Part shown: positions 37,801-52,978 of the stretch, piece after piece | Position numbering within the stretch: the first letter of the stretch is position 1 | Layout: each line of letters starts with the position of its first letter | NCBI GenBank assembly: GCA_002482565.1 | Contig: DLGG01000003.1 | Span: forward strand, 25,462-89,461 | Length of the DNA: 64,000 bases | Reading direction: 5' to 3' | DNA from: Solidesulfovibrio magneticus | Lineage (GTDB): Bacteria; Desulfobacterota; Desulfovibrionia; Desulfovibrionales; Desulfovibrionaceae | Position numbers and translations under genes: made by a program | The notes under the pieces: model-generated | Databases searched by the model: none | What the model was told of the DNA's origin: nothing | The model's input: the letters and a program-made list of their open reading frames with translations, nothing else

Positions 37801-40800
37801 ATGACCCGAAGGCTTCTTTGTTGCCTTGCCCTGCTCCTGCTGGTCCTGACCAGCCCCGCCCGGGCTGAAAAGATCCGCAAAAACGTCCTGTTTTTCAATT
37901 CCTACCAGAACGGCTATCAGTGGTCCGACGAGATCCTGGCCGGCCTGCGCGAGGCTTTTGCCGCTTCGGACTTCAACGTGGACCTGCAAATCGAGTACAT
38001 GGACTCGAAAAAGTACGCCGACCCCGTACTGCGGGCCATGCTCCACGATTTCTACAAGCTCAAGTATCGCAACACCCGCTTCGAGGTCATCCTGGCCTCG
38101 GACAACTACGCCTTCGATTTCCTGCGGGAATACCACGACGAACTGTTCCCCGGCACGCCGGTGGTCTTTTGCGGCGTCAACGACTTCAAGCCCGCCTGGC
38201 TCGACGGCCACCCCAACTTCACCGGCGTCCTTGAAAACCCGGACATCAAGACCACCCTGGAACTGGCCCTGCGCTTTCACCCCGGCCGCGACAAGCTCGT
38301 CATCTTCGGCGACACCTCGGTGACCGGCGTAGCCATCGGCAACCAGTTGCGGGCCGTGGAGCCGGACTTCGCCGGCCGGCTCTCCTTCGAATACGAAAAC
38401 AACCTGACCCTGACCGGCATCCTCGGCCGGGTTCGCGACCTGTCCGACGACGCCATGATCTTTCTCATCCCCTTTTACAAGGACACCGAGAAGGACGTCT
38501 ATTCCGTCAACGAAGTGCTCTCGGCCATCCGGGCCAACTCCGACGTGCCCATCTACAGCGCCTGGCATTTCATGCTCGGCCACGGCATCGCCGGCGGGCG
38601 GCTGCACAGCGGCTTCGAGGAGGGCCGCATCGCTGCCGAAATGGCCGACAAACTCCTGCACGGCACGCCTGTTTCGGAATTGCCCATCGTCTCCAAGACC
38701 AACGACGCCTATATTTTCGACTTCCGCGAGATGTTGCGGCTGGGCATCACCACGGACAAGCTGCCCACCGGCTTTAGCCTGATTAACGAGCCCTACCCGT
38801 TCTACCACATCAACATCGCGGTATTCTGGACTATCATCATCAGCCTGCTCATCCTGTGCTACGTCATGGTCCTGCTGGTGACAAACATCCTGCGCCGTCG
38901 CTCGGTGGAGGAAAAAATCAAGGACCAAGTGTCGTTCCTGGAAACCCTGGTCAACACCATCCCCATTCCCATCTATTATAAAGACGAAACCGGGCAATAC
39001 CGAGGCTGCAACCCGGCCTTCCGGGCGCTTTGCGGCGCGGGGGACGATCCCCGAACCGTGGACGCCTGCGCCGGCGTGGCCGAGTCGCCGCTGTCGCGCG
39101 CCCTTGACGCCGAGGACGCGGGACTTCTGCGCGAACCCGGCGTGCGCATGGCCGAAACCGACATCGAAGCCGCCGACGGCACGCCCCACTCGGTCATCCT
39201 GCATCGGGCCGTCTACGAAAGCGCCAAGGGGCAGATAGCCGGACTTGTGGGCGTGCTCTACGACGTCTCGGAACTCAAGCGCGCCGCCGAGCGCCTGCGC
39301 CTGGCCGAGGAGAAATACCGCGGCATCTTCGAGAACTCGGCCCTGGGCATCTTCCGCATGACGCCCGACGGCGCGGCCGTGGACGTCAACCCGGCCATGC
39401 TGTCCATGCTCGGCGTCGATGACCTGGACACCCTGCTGCGCCGCCGGGGCGACATGGTGGAGGTGCTTTTTGGCGGCCGGGAGCGCTTTACGGCGCTTAT
39501 GGATTCGGCCGTGGACGAGGAAGCCACGGCCCAGTTCGAGACCCGGTTCGTGCGGCCCGACGCCCGGCAGGTCACGGCCAACGTGACCATCCGGCTGGTG
39601 GCCGACCCGGAAGGCTACCTGGCCTTTGTCGAGGGCGTGGTGGAGGACGTGACCAAGCGCCATGAGGCCGAACGGGCCCTGCGCGAATCCCAGGAAATGC
39701 TGCGCCTGGTCCTGGACAACATTCCCCAGCTCGTGTCCTGGAAGGACAAGGCCCTGCGCTACATGGGGGCCAACCGGGCCTTCATCGACTTTTTCGGTTT
39801 TGACGGCCTGGGCGACCTCATGGGCCGCGACGACGCCGCCTTGCCGCTGCGCCCCGAGGACGTGGACGCCGTGCGGGCCACGGACATCGACGTCATGCGC
39901 TTCAACCGCCCGGTCGCCGGGGAGCTGGCCGCCCGCAACGTCCGGGGACTGGACGTGTTGCTCGAAATCAAGAAAGTGCCGCTCCACGACGACAAGGGGG
40001 CGGTGGTCGGCGTCCTGTCCACGGCCGAGGACGTGACCCAGAAGGTGAGCCTGGAGCGCCAGTTGCTCCAGTCGCAAAAAATGGAAGCCATCGGCACCCT
40101 GGCCGGCGGCATCGCCCACGACTTCAACAATATTCTCACTTCCATCATCAATTCCACCGAACTGGCGCTCATGGACATGCCCCAAGACGACGCCATGGAA
40201 GACGACCTGCGCCGGGTGCTCAAGGCCGGCGAACGCGGCAGCCGGCTGGTCAAGCAGATCCTGTCGTTCACCCGTCCGTCCCAGGCCGGATTCGCGCCCA
40301 TCAACGTGGCCGACGTGATAAACGAGGCGGCCGGGCTGATCCGGGCTTCTCTGCCGCGCAACATCAAGATCGTGGTGGAGATTCCGGATAAACCTGTAAC
40401 CTGTCGGGCCGACCCCACCCAGCTCCACCAGATCGTCATGAACCTGTGCACCAACGCCTTCCAGGCCATGCGCCCCACCGGCGGCGTCTTGGCCCTGATC
40501 CTGGCCGAGGAGGAACTTTCCGAAGACCAGGCCGGCCAGGTGGGGGCGCGGGCCGGACGATGCGCCCGCATCACCGTGGCCGACACCGGGCCGGGCATCG
40601 CCGGCGACATCGTGGACAAGATCTTCGACCCGTTTTTCTCCACCAAGCAAAAAGGCGAGGGCACGGGGCTGGGACTGGCCGTGGTGCGCGGCATCGTCAA
40701 GAGCCACCGGGGCGGGGTGCGGGTGACGAGTTCGCCGGGCGAGCACACCGTCTTCGACATTTTCCTGCCGCTGCTCGACGAGGGCGACGCGCCGGCCGCC

Positions 40801-41207
40801 GTGCCGCGTCCGGCCGCCAACCGGGGGCGCGACCGCATCCTTTTCGTCGAGGACGACGAGGACCAGCTCCTGACCATCCCCCGCGTCCTGGCCCAGCTTG
40901 GCCACGAGGTCACGGCCAAGCCCGGGGCCGCCCCGGCCCTGGCCGCCCTGGCCGAAACCCCCGACGCCTTCGACGTGGTCATCACCGATTACGACATGCC
41001 CGACGCCAACGGCCTGGAGCTGGCCAGACAGGTGGCCGAGATCGCCCCTCGCCTGCCCGTCATCCTCGTCTCGGGCCGCCTGGGCGACATCGAGGACCGT
41101 GAGCTGGCCGGCAACATCAAAAAGGTCGTGCTCAAGCCCTACAACCAGGCGATCATCTCGGCGGCCATCCGCGAGGTGCTCGACGCCAAACCCCAGACGA
41201 TAGCCGC

Positions 41208-41211
<4 letters not shown>
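37801..41211 (+). CDS. Hybrid sensor histidine kinase (periplasmic ABC-binding-like domain, 3 PAS, HK, receiver); probable LurS-like lactate sensor
   Basis: Signal peptide, TM helix, PAS repeats, GIAHDFNNIL, GTGLGL and C-terminal receiver (VEDD, TDYDMP). Synteny with the lactate operon. Confidence 0.88.
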
Positions 41212-42647
<1,436 letters not shown>

Positions 42648-42818
42648 CTTGGGAAATCGGGCACAATCTTGCCGCAAAATCGGCTTTCCGTATTCCGCCA
42701 TCCGATTTCTTGCCGTCCCCAGCCAAACGCTCGGCTCGTGCCCGGACGTCCGGTTCATCCGGCGGTCTGCCGTCGCCGGAGCGTAACGGCTTGCCATTGT
42801 TCGCCGTGCCGCAGCCGA

Positions 42819-43024
42819 GTCCCCTTTTTCAGACTACACAAGGCTGAATAGAGCTTCTCGCCTCCTTGGGACTTTTGGAACAAAGTCATTTTCAGCCCTT
42901 TTTACGTGCCAAAAACCCTTGTCTGTGGCACGTAAGGGGTTGAACTCCCCTGTCCCGGCGCGGTGCGGCCTGAGGCGTCGAGTCTGAAAAACCAGACACA
43001 AACATCATGTCTGAAAAACCAGAC
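42819..43024. promoter_or_regulatory. Enhancer (UAS) sites for the sigma54 activator
   Basis: GTCTGAAAAACCAGAC exactly twice (42982-42997, 43009-43024) and an inverted variant GTCCCCTTTTTCAGAC (42819-42834). Confidence 0.75.
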
Positions 43025-43177
43025 TGGCCGCCTTTCTGACAGCGCTTTACGAAGTCATACATTTCAGGGTATTAGCCCCTGAAGCCGCTTCCGATTTCTC
43101 GGATACGGCGACCCGCCTGGACCCGGAGCGGTTGCATCTTGTCGGCAATTCATCGGAATTCTTGCATTTTGCCGTGA

Positions 43178-43193
43178 TGGCACACGACTTGCG
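43178..43193 (+). promoter_or_regulatory. Sigma54 (-24/-12) promoter of the lactate operon
   Basis: TGGCAC-ACGAC-TTGCG matches TGGCAC-N5-TTGC, ~70 bp upstream of por. Confidence 0.88.
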
Positions 43194-43247
43194 AATGCGA
43201 CCGGGTCGACCCGGCCTTGTCCCATTCGGTCGAACGACAACCTTTAA

Positions 43248-46901
<3,654 letters not shown>

Positions 46902-46922
46902 CGTAGCCAAGCGAGAAAAACG

Positions 46923-48302
46923 ATGAGCAACCACCTGTCCCAGAAGTTCGAGGAAATCGTCGGCACGGGCAACGTCCTGGCCAGCGAGGTGGACCGCCAC
47001 AATTACGCCTACGACGCGGCGGTCCTTCCCCCCCAGCTCCCGGCCCTGGCCGTGCGTCCGGAGACGCCCGAGGCTCTGGGACGGGTGGTTAAAACCTGCA
47101 ACGAGCTCGGGCTGCCGCTGACCGTGCGCGGCTCGGGAACGAATTTAAGCGGCGGCACCATCCCCTCCGAAGGCGGGGTGGTGGTGCTGACCGGCGCGCT
47201 CAACAAAATTATCGAGATCAACGAAGCCGACATGTACGCCGTGGTCCAGACCGGCGTGGTCACGGCCAAGTTCGCTGCCGAGGTGGCCAAGCGGGGGCTG
47301 TTCTACCCGCCCGATCCGGGCAGCCAGGCCGTGTCCACCATGGGCGGCAACGTGGCCGAGAACGCCGGCGGCCTGCGCGGCCTCAAGTACGGCGTCACCA
47401 AGGACTACGTCATGGGCATGAGCTTTTATGACGTGGACGGCGAGCTGGTCAAAACCGGATCGCGCACCGTCAAGTGCGTCACCGGCATGAACCTCCACGG
47501 CCTCATGGTCGGCTCCGAAGGCACCTTGGGCGTTTTCAACGAGATCATCCTGAAGCTCGTGCCGCCGCCCAAGGCCAGCAAGGCCATGATGGCCATCTTC
47601 GACGACCTGGGCAAAGCCTCGGAGACCGTGGCCGCCATCATCGCCGCCAAGATCGTCCCGGCGACCCTTGAATACATGGACGACTTCACCATCAAGACCG
47701 TCGAGGACTTCGCCCACGCCGGGCTGCCCACCGACGCCAAGGCCCTGCTGCTCATCGAAGTGGACGGCCATCCGGCCCAGGTCGAGGACGAAGCCGCCGA
47801 GGTCGAGGCCATTTGCAAGCGCATCGGCGCCACCCGCATCCAGGTGGCCAAGGACGCCGTCGAGCGCAACAAGGTCTGGGAAGCCCGCCGCGCCGCCCTG
47901 TCGGCCCTGGCCCGGGTGCGCCCGACCACGGTGCTTGAGGACGCCACCGTGCCGCGCTCCAAGATCCCGGCCATGGTCGGGGCGCTGGAGAAGATCGCCG
48001 AGAAGTACAAGCTGACCATCGGCACCTTTGGCCACGCCGGCGACGGCAACCTGCATCCGACCATCCTCACCGACAAGCGCGACCACGCCGAATTCGCCCG
48101 GGTGGAAGCGGCCATCGACGAGATCTTCGACGTGGCCCTGTCCCTGGGCGGCACGCTGTCCGGCGAGCACGGCATCGGCATGGCCAAGTCCAAATACATG
48201 GTCAAGGAAGTGGGCCAGGGTTCCATCATGTACGCCAAGCGCTTAAAGGCCGCCATGGACCCCAAGAACATCCTCAATCCCGGCAAGATCACGGGGGCCT
48301 AA
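46923..48302 (+). CDS. FAD-linked (D-)lactate dehydrogenase subunit, GlcD-like
   Basis: RGSGTNLSGG, YPPDPGS, GHAGDGNLH, LSGEHGIG and LNPGK. Confidence 0.9.
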   Translation: MSNHLSQKFEEIVGTGNVLASEVDRHNYAYDAAVLPPQLPALAVRPETPEALGRVVKTCNELGLPLTVRGSGTNLSGGTIPSEGGVVVLTGALNKIIEINEADMYAVVQTGVVTAKFAAEVAKRGLFYPPDPGSQAVSTMGGNVAENAGGLRGLKYGVTKDYVMGMSFYDVDGELVKTGSRTVKCVTGMNLHGLMVGSEGTLGVFNEIILKLVPPPKASKAMMAIFDDLGKASETVAAIIAAKIVPATLEYMDDFTIKTVEDFAHAGLPTDAKALLLIEVDGHPAQVEDEAAEVEAICKRIGATRIQVAKDAVERNKVWEARRAALSALARVRPTTVLEDATVPRSKIPAMVGALEKIAEKYKLTIGTFGHAGDGNLHPTILTDKRDHAEFARVEAAIDEIFDVALSLGGTLSGEHGIGMAKSKYMVKEVGQGSIMYAKRLKAAMDPKNILNPGKITGA

Positions 48303-48303
48303 C

Positions 48304-49608
48304 ATGAGCGAGATGCGTCAGCTCGTCGGGCTGCTCAAACAGATCGACGACCAGCTCGTGGCCTGCATGCGCTGCGGCATGTGCCAGGCCGTGTGCCCCA
48401 TCTACGCCGAGACCGGCCTGGAGGGACACGTGGCCCGGGGCAAGATCGCCCTGCTCGAATGCCTGGCCGACGAGGTCATCAGGGACCCGGCCGGAGTCAA
48501 GGAACGCCTGGACGCCTGTCTGCTGTGCGGCTCCTGCCAGGCCAACTGTCCAAGCGGCGTCAAGGCTCTGGACATCTTCCTCAAGGCCCGGGCCTTTTTG
48601 ACCGGCTACTACGGCCTGCCGCCGGTCAAGCGGGCCATCTTCCGGGGCCTTTTGCAAAACCCCAAGCTCTTTGACACCGTGCTCGGCGTGGCCTCCAAGT
48701 TCCAGGGGCTTTTCACCAAGCCGGTCAACGACATGCTGGGTTCGTCCTGCGCCCGGGTCTTCTCCGACCTCATCGGCGGCCGCCACTTCGCGCCCCTGGC
48801 CGACAAGCCGCTGCATGACGTCGCCACGCAGCGCGACACGCCGCGCGGCCACTCCGGCCTCAAGATCGCGTTTTTCTACGGCTGCGTGGTGGACAAGATG
48901 TTCCCCCGCATCGGCGAAGCGGTCCTCAAGGTCTGCGACCACCACGGCGTCGGCGTCTTCATGCCCCATGCCCAGGCCTGCTGCGGCATCCCGGCCCTGT
49001 CCTCGGGGGACCGCGAGACCTTCGAGAAGCTCGTGGCCCTCAACATGAAGGTCTTCGCCGAGGCCGACTTCGACGTGCTGGTGACGCCCTGCGCCACCTG
49101 CACCTCCACCATCAAAAAAATCTGGCCCCTGATGGCCGAGGATCTGCCGGCCACGACCCGCTTCCAGGTGAAGGAGCTCTCGGCCAAGGTCAAGGACATA
49201 AGCGCCTTCCTCATCCAGGACGTGGGCGTTACGCCGGCCGACGTCGCCGTTTCCGGCGAGCCGGTGACCGTGACTTACCACGATCCCTGCCACTTGAAAA
49301 AATCATTGGGCATCTCCGCCGAACCCCGGGCGCTTATCGGCTGCAATCCGCGCTACAAACTCCAGGAAATGGATGGCGCGGACTCCTGCTGCGGTTCCGG
49401 CGGCAGCTTCACGCTGCAGCATTACGACCTGTCCAAGCGCATCGGCAAGCGCAAGCGGGACAACATCGTGGCCACGGGCGCGACGGTGGCGGCCACGAGC
49501 TGCCCGGCCTGCATGCTCCAGATAGGCGACATGTTGTCACAGGCCGGCGATACGCTGGCCATCAGGCATCCGGTGGAAATCTACGCGGAGACCCTGGCCG
49601 GCCGCTGA
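48304..49608 (+). CDS. Fe-S subunit of (D-)lactate dehydrogenase, GlcF-like
   Basis: Two CxxCxxCxxxCP motifs and two CCG domains (CCG, YHDPCHL, CPAC). Confidence 0.9.
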   Translation: MSEMRQLVGLLKQIDDQLVACMRCGMCQAVCPIYAETGLEGHVARGKIALLECLADEVIRDPAGVKERLDACLLCGSCQANCPSGVKALDIFLKARAFLTGYYGLPPVKRAIFRGLLQNPKLFDTVLGVASKFQGLFTKPVNDMLGSSCARVFSDLIGGRHFAPLADKPLHDVATQRDTPRGHSGLKIAFFYGCVVDKMFPRIGEAVLKVCDHHGVGVFMPHAQACCGIPALSSGDRETFEKLVALNMKVFAEADFDVLVTPCATCTSTIKKIWPLMAEDLPATTRFQVKELSAKVKDISAFLIQDVGVTPADVAVSGEPVTVTYHDPCHLKKSLGISAEPRALIGCNPRYKLQEMDGADSCCGSGGSFTLQHYDLSKRIGKRKRDNIVATGATVAATSCPACMLQIGDMLSQAGDTLAIRHPVEIYAETLAGR

Positions 49609-49645
49609 TCCGGCACACAACCAACTTGGCGAGCGAGGTAGCCGA

Positions 49646-51751
49646 ATGAGTTTGAAAGACAACATCCACGCGCTGTTCGCGCCCAAAACCGTAGCCGTCA
49701 TCGGGGCCTCCGCCGCCCCGGGCAAGGTCGGCCACACGGTCGTGGCCAACATGCTGGAGGCCGGGTACAAGGGCACGCTGATTCCCGTGAACCCCAAGGC
49801 CGACGAGATCCTCGGCCTGCCGGTCACCAAAAAGATCGAGGACCTGCCCGAAGGCCTGGACATGGCCGTCATCGTCGTGCCCGTGGCCGCCGTCGTGCCG
49901 TCCATGGAAGCCCTGGCCAAGCGCAAGGTGCGTTCGGCCGTCATCATCACCGCGGGCTTCAAGGAAGTGGGCAAGGAAGGCTATGCCCTGGAGCAACGCC
50001 TGATCGAGCTGTGCACCGAGCACGAGATCGCCATGGTCGGCCCCAACTGCCTGGGGCTTATCAGCACCCACGACAATAATAACGCCTCCTTTGCCGCCGG
50101 CTATCCCGAGAAGGGCTCCATCGCGTTTTTCTCCCAGTCCGGGGCGCTGTGCACCGCCATTCTCGACTGGGCGCTGGGCGAAAACGTCGGGTTCTCCAAG
50201 TTCGTGTCCCTGGGCAACAAAGCCGTCATCAACGAAGGCAACATGCTGGAGTACCTGCGCACCGACCCCAACACCTCGGTCATTCTCGGGTACATCGAGA
50301 ACGTCGAGCACGGCGCGGACTTCATCGAGCAGGCCGCCAAGGTCACCCGGGAAAAGCCGGTCATCATGATCAAGTCCGGCACCACCACCGCCGGCGCCAA
50401 GGCCGCCTCCTCCCACACCGGCGCCATCGCCGGTTCGGATCAGGCCTACACCGCCGCCTTCCGCAAGACCGGCGTCATCCGGGCGGGTGACATGGCCACG
50501 CTGTTCGACCTGGCCCAGGCCTTCTCCACCCAGCCCCTGCCCGAGGGGCCGGGCCTGTGCATCGTCACCAACTCCGGCGGCCCCGGCATCCTGGCCGCCG
50601 ACGCCACGGAAAAGTCCAGCCTCAACATGGCCCGGCTGTCGAATTCCACCATCGAACGCATGAAGGAATTCCTGCCGCCCTACGCGTCGCTCTACAACCC
50701 CGTCGACCTCATCGGCGACGCCCCGGCCGAGCGCTACCGCAAGACCCTGGAAGTGGTCATCGACGATCCTCAGGTCCATTCCATCCTGGTGCTCCTGACT
50801 CCCACGGCCTCGGCCGAAATCATGGAGACGGCCCAGGCCATCATCGACGTGGCCAAGACCACCAAAAAGCCCATCTTCGTCAACTACATGGGCGGCCAGC
50901 GCACCCGCCCGGGCCAGAAGATGCTCACCGACGCCGGCATCCCCTGCTCCATCTACCCCGAGCCGCTGATCAAGAGCATCGAGACCATGTACAACTACTA
51001 CCTGTGGCGCCAGACCCCGGCCCAGGAGTACCCCGAAGTCCGGCGCAACCGCCAGAAGGCGCGGCTGGTCATCAACGAGGCCCGGTCCAAGGGCGCCACC
51101 GAAGTGGTGGAATTCCAGGCCCAGGAAGTGTTGCGCGCCTACAACCTACCCACGCCCAACACCGGACTGGCCCGTTCCTCGGACGAAGCCGTTGCCGCCG
51201 CCGACAAGATCGGTTACCCCGTGGTCCTCAAGATCGCCTCGCCCCAAATCTCCCACAAGTCCGACGTGGGCGGGGTCAAGGTGAACCTGGCCGACGCCGA
51301 AGCCGTGCGCAACGCCTTCTTCGACATCACGGCCCGAGCCCAGCGCATGCGGCCCGAAGCCTACATCGCCGGCTGTCTGGTCCAGGAGATGGCCCCCAAG
51401 GGCTGCAAGGAAATCATCATCGGGTTTAAGCGCGACGACCAGTTCGGGCCGCTTCTGATGTTCGGCCTGGGCGGCATCTACGTGGAAATCCTCAAGGACA
51501 TCGCCTTCCGCCTGGCCCCCTTGGGCCGCGACGACGCCAAGGGCATCATCCGGGAGATCAAGTCCTACATGCTGCTTAAGGGCGTGCGCGGCGAACAGCC
51601 CGTCAACTTCCAGGCCATCGAGGACATTCTCATCACCATGTCCGAGCTGGCCCTGGATTTCCCGGAAATCGTCGAAGCCGAATTCAATCCGGTGCTGGTC
51701 AATGCCGAGAAGGCCGTGGTGGCCGACGTGCGCATCACCCTTTCCGCCTAA
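49646..51751 (+). CDS. ADP-forming acetate--CoA ligase (ACD), fused alpha-beta
   Basis: CoA-binding domain (VAVIGAS, GPNCLG), SQSGA, SSHTGAIAG (alpha phospho-His), NPVDL and ATP-grasp with SHKSDVGGV (beta His). No GNAT domain. Confidence 0.88.
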   Translation: MSLKDNIHALFAPKTVAVIGASAAPGKVGHTVVANMLEAGYKGTLIPVNPKADEILGLPVTKKIEDLPEGLDMAVIVVPVAAVVPSMEALAKRKVRSAVIITAGFKEVGKEGYALEQRLIELCTEHEIAMVGPNCLGLISTHDNNNASFAAGYPEKGSIAFFSQSGALCTAILDWALGENVGFSKFVSLGNKAVINEGNMLEYLRTDPNTSVILGYIENVEHGADFIEQAAKVTREKPVIMIKSGTTTAGAKAASSHTGAIAGSDQAYTAAFRKTGVIRAGDMATLFDLAQAFSTQPLPEGPGLCIVTNSGGPGILAADATEKSSLNMARLSNSTIERMKEFLPPYASLYNPVDLIGDAPAERYRKTLEVVIDDPQVHSILVLLTPTASAEIMETAQAIIDVAKTTKKPIFVNYMGGQRTRPGQKMLTDAGIPCSIYPEPLIKSIETMYNYYLWRQTPAQEYPEVRRNRQKARLVINEARSKGATEVVEFQAQEVLRAYNLPTPNTGLARSSDEAVAAADKIGYPVVLKIASPQISHKSDVGGVKVNLADAEAVRNAFFDITARAQRMRPEAYIAGCLVQEMAPKGCKEIIIGFKRDDQFGPLLMFGLGGIYVEILKDIAFRLAPLGRDDAKGIIREIKSYMLLKGVRGEQPVNFQAIEDILITMSELALDFPEIVEAEFNPVLVNAEKAVVADVRITLSA

Positions 51752-51775
51752 AACGAACCCAGGAGGAACATACCT

Positions 51776-52840
51776 ATGATCGGTCTCTACATCGGGTCTA
51801 CCCAGGGATACTCGGGCAAAAACCTCGTCACCCTGGCCCTGGGGCAGCACTTCCAGCGCGAAGGCCAGCGGGTGGGTTACATGAAGCCCATCGGCGCGGT
51901 TCCCCATAAGATCGGCAACCAGATCGGCGACGAAGACGCCTATTTCATGCAGCAGGCCCTAGGCCTGTCCGAGAATCCCTCCCTGGTGACCCCGGTGGTC
52001 ATCACCCGCGACTTCCGGATGCGCGCCTTCCTGGAAGACTGCGCCAACCTGCTGCCGGGCATCGTGGACAGCTACAAGAAGCTGTCCGCCGAAAAGGACC
52101 TCATGCTGGTCGGCGGCTCGGGCAGCTTCCTCTACTCCGGCAAGTACTGCGGCGTGGACGGCGTGTCCGTGTCCCAGGCCCTGGGTTCCAAGGTCATCCT
52201 GGTCGACCGCTACCTCCAGGAATACAACTACGACTATCTGGCCGCCGCCAAGGAAGCCCTGGGCGACGACCTCGTCGGCGTCATCTTAAACGACGTGCCC
52301 GAGCACTTCCGCGAAGAGGCCGAGACCCTGATCGTGCCCTTCCTCAAGCGCCGCGGCGTGGACGTGCTCGGCATCGTGCCCCACGATCCCATCATGTTCG
52401 CCGTGCGCGCCTCCGACCTGGCCGTGGGCCTGGGCGGCCGCCTGGTCACCGCGCCCCCGAAAAGCGACAAGCTGGTGGTCAACTTCCTCATCGGCACCAT
52501 GCAGGTGGAGAACTTCGTCACCTTCTTCAAGCGCCAGAAGGACGTGGCCATCCTGTGCGGCGGCGACCGCGCCGACCTGCAGCTCGTGGCCCTGGAAGGC
52601 AACTGCTCGGCGCTGATCCTCACCGGCAATCTCTACCCCAACGACATGATCCTGGCCAAGGCCGAGGACAAGGGCGTGCCCGTCATCGTGGTGCGCGACG
52701 ACACCTTCTCCGTGGCCAAGAAGATGGAACTCATGCTCACCCGGGAAAAGCTGCGCGACCGTTCGCGCATCGAGCACGGCACCAAGATCGTGCAGCAGTC
52801 CGTCAACATGGCGATGCTCAAAAAGAACCTCGGCCTGTAA
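51776..52840 (+). CDS. Pta N-terminal-like protein (BioD-like P-loop plus DRTGG), without the catalytic PTA domain
   Basis: STQGYSGKN, YMKPIG and CGGDRADLQLVAL...LILTG. Only 354 aa. Confidence 0.85.
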   Translation: MIGLYIGSTQGYSGKNLVTLALGQHFQREGQRVGYMKPIGAVPHKIGNQIGDEDAYFMQQALGLSENPSLVTPVVITRDFRMRAFLEDCANLLPGIVDSYKKLSAEKDLMLVGGSGSFLYSGKYCGVDGVSVSQALGSKVILVDRYLQEYNYDYLAAAKEALGDDLVGVILNDVPEHFREEAETLIVPFLKRRGVDVLGIVPHDPIMFAVRASDLAVGLGGRLVTAPPKSDKLVVNFLIGTMQVENFVTFFKRQKDVAILCGGDRADLQLVALEGNCSALILTGNLYPNDMILAKAEDKGVPVIVVRDDTFSVAKKMELMLTREKLRDRSRIEHGTKIVQQSVNMAMLKKNLGL

Positions 52841-52843
52841 GCC

Positions 52844-52890
52844 GACACGGCCCTCCCGGACCCTCGTGTCCGGGTTCGGGAGGGCCTGTC
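52844..52890 (+). other. Strong intercistronic stem-loop (attenuation or mRNA stability)
   Basis: GGCCCTCCCGGACCC / GGGTTCGGGAGGGCC inverted repeat with no U-tract. Confidence 0.55.
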
Positions 52891-52978
52891 CAATAGCGGT
52901 TTGGCTCGCACCCCGGCCCTTCGCGGCGACGGGATCGGGAGCGGCTGGTCAACTTTCCAACCAAAGGAGCGAGAGAAC

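Noticed and set aside
42659-42935. Additional sigma54 promoters (GGGCACAATCTTGC at ~42659; TGGCACGTAAG at 42926)
   Set aside because: Wrong spacing or missing -12 TTGC element.
42982-43024. CRISPR-like direct repeat
   Set aside because: Only two 16-bp copies with an 11-bp spacer and no cas genes. Better explained as activator binding sites.
49646-51751. Protein lysine acetyltransferase (Pat/Pka) call
   Set aside because: No GNAT domain, and the catalytic His motifs of ACD are retained.
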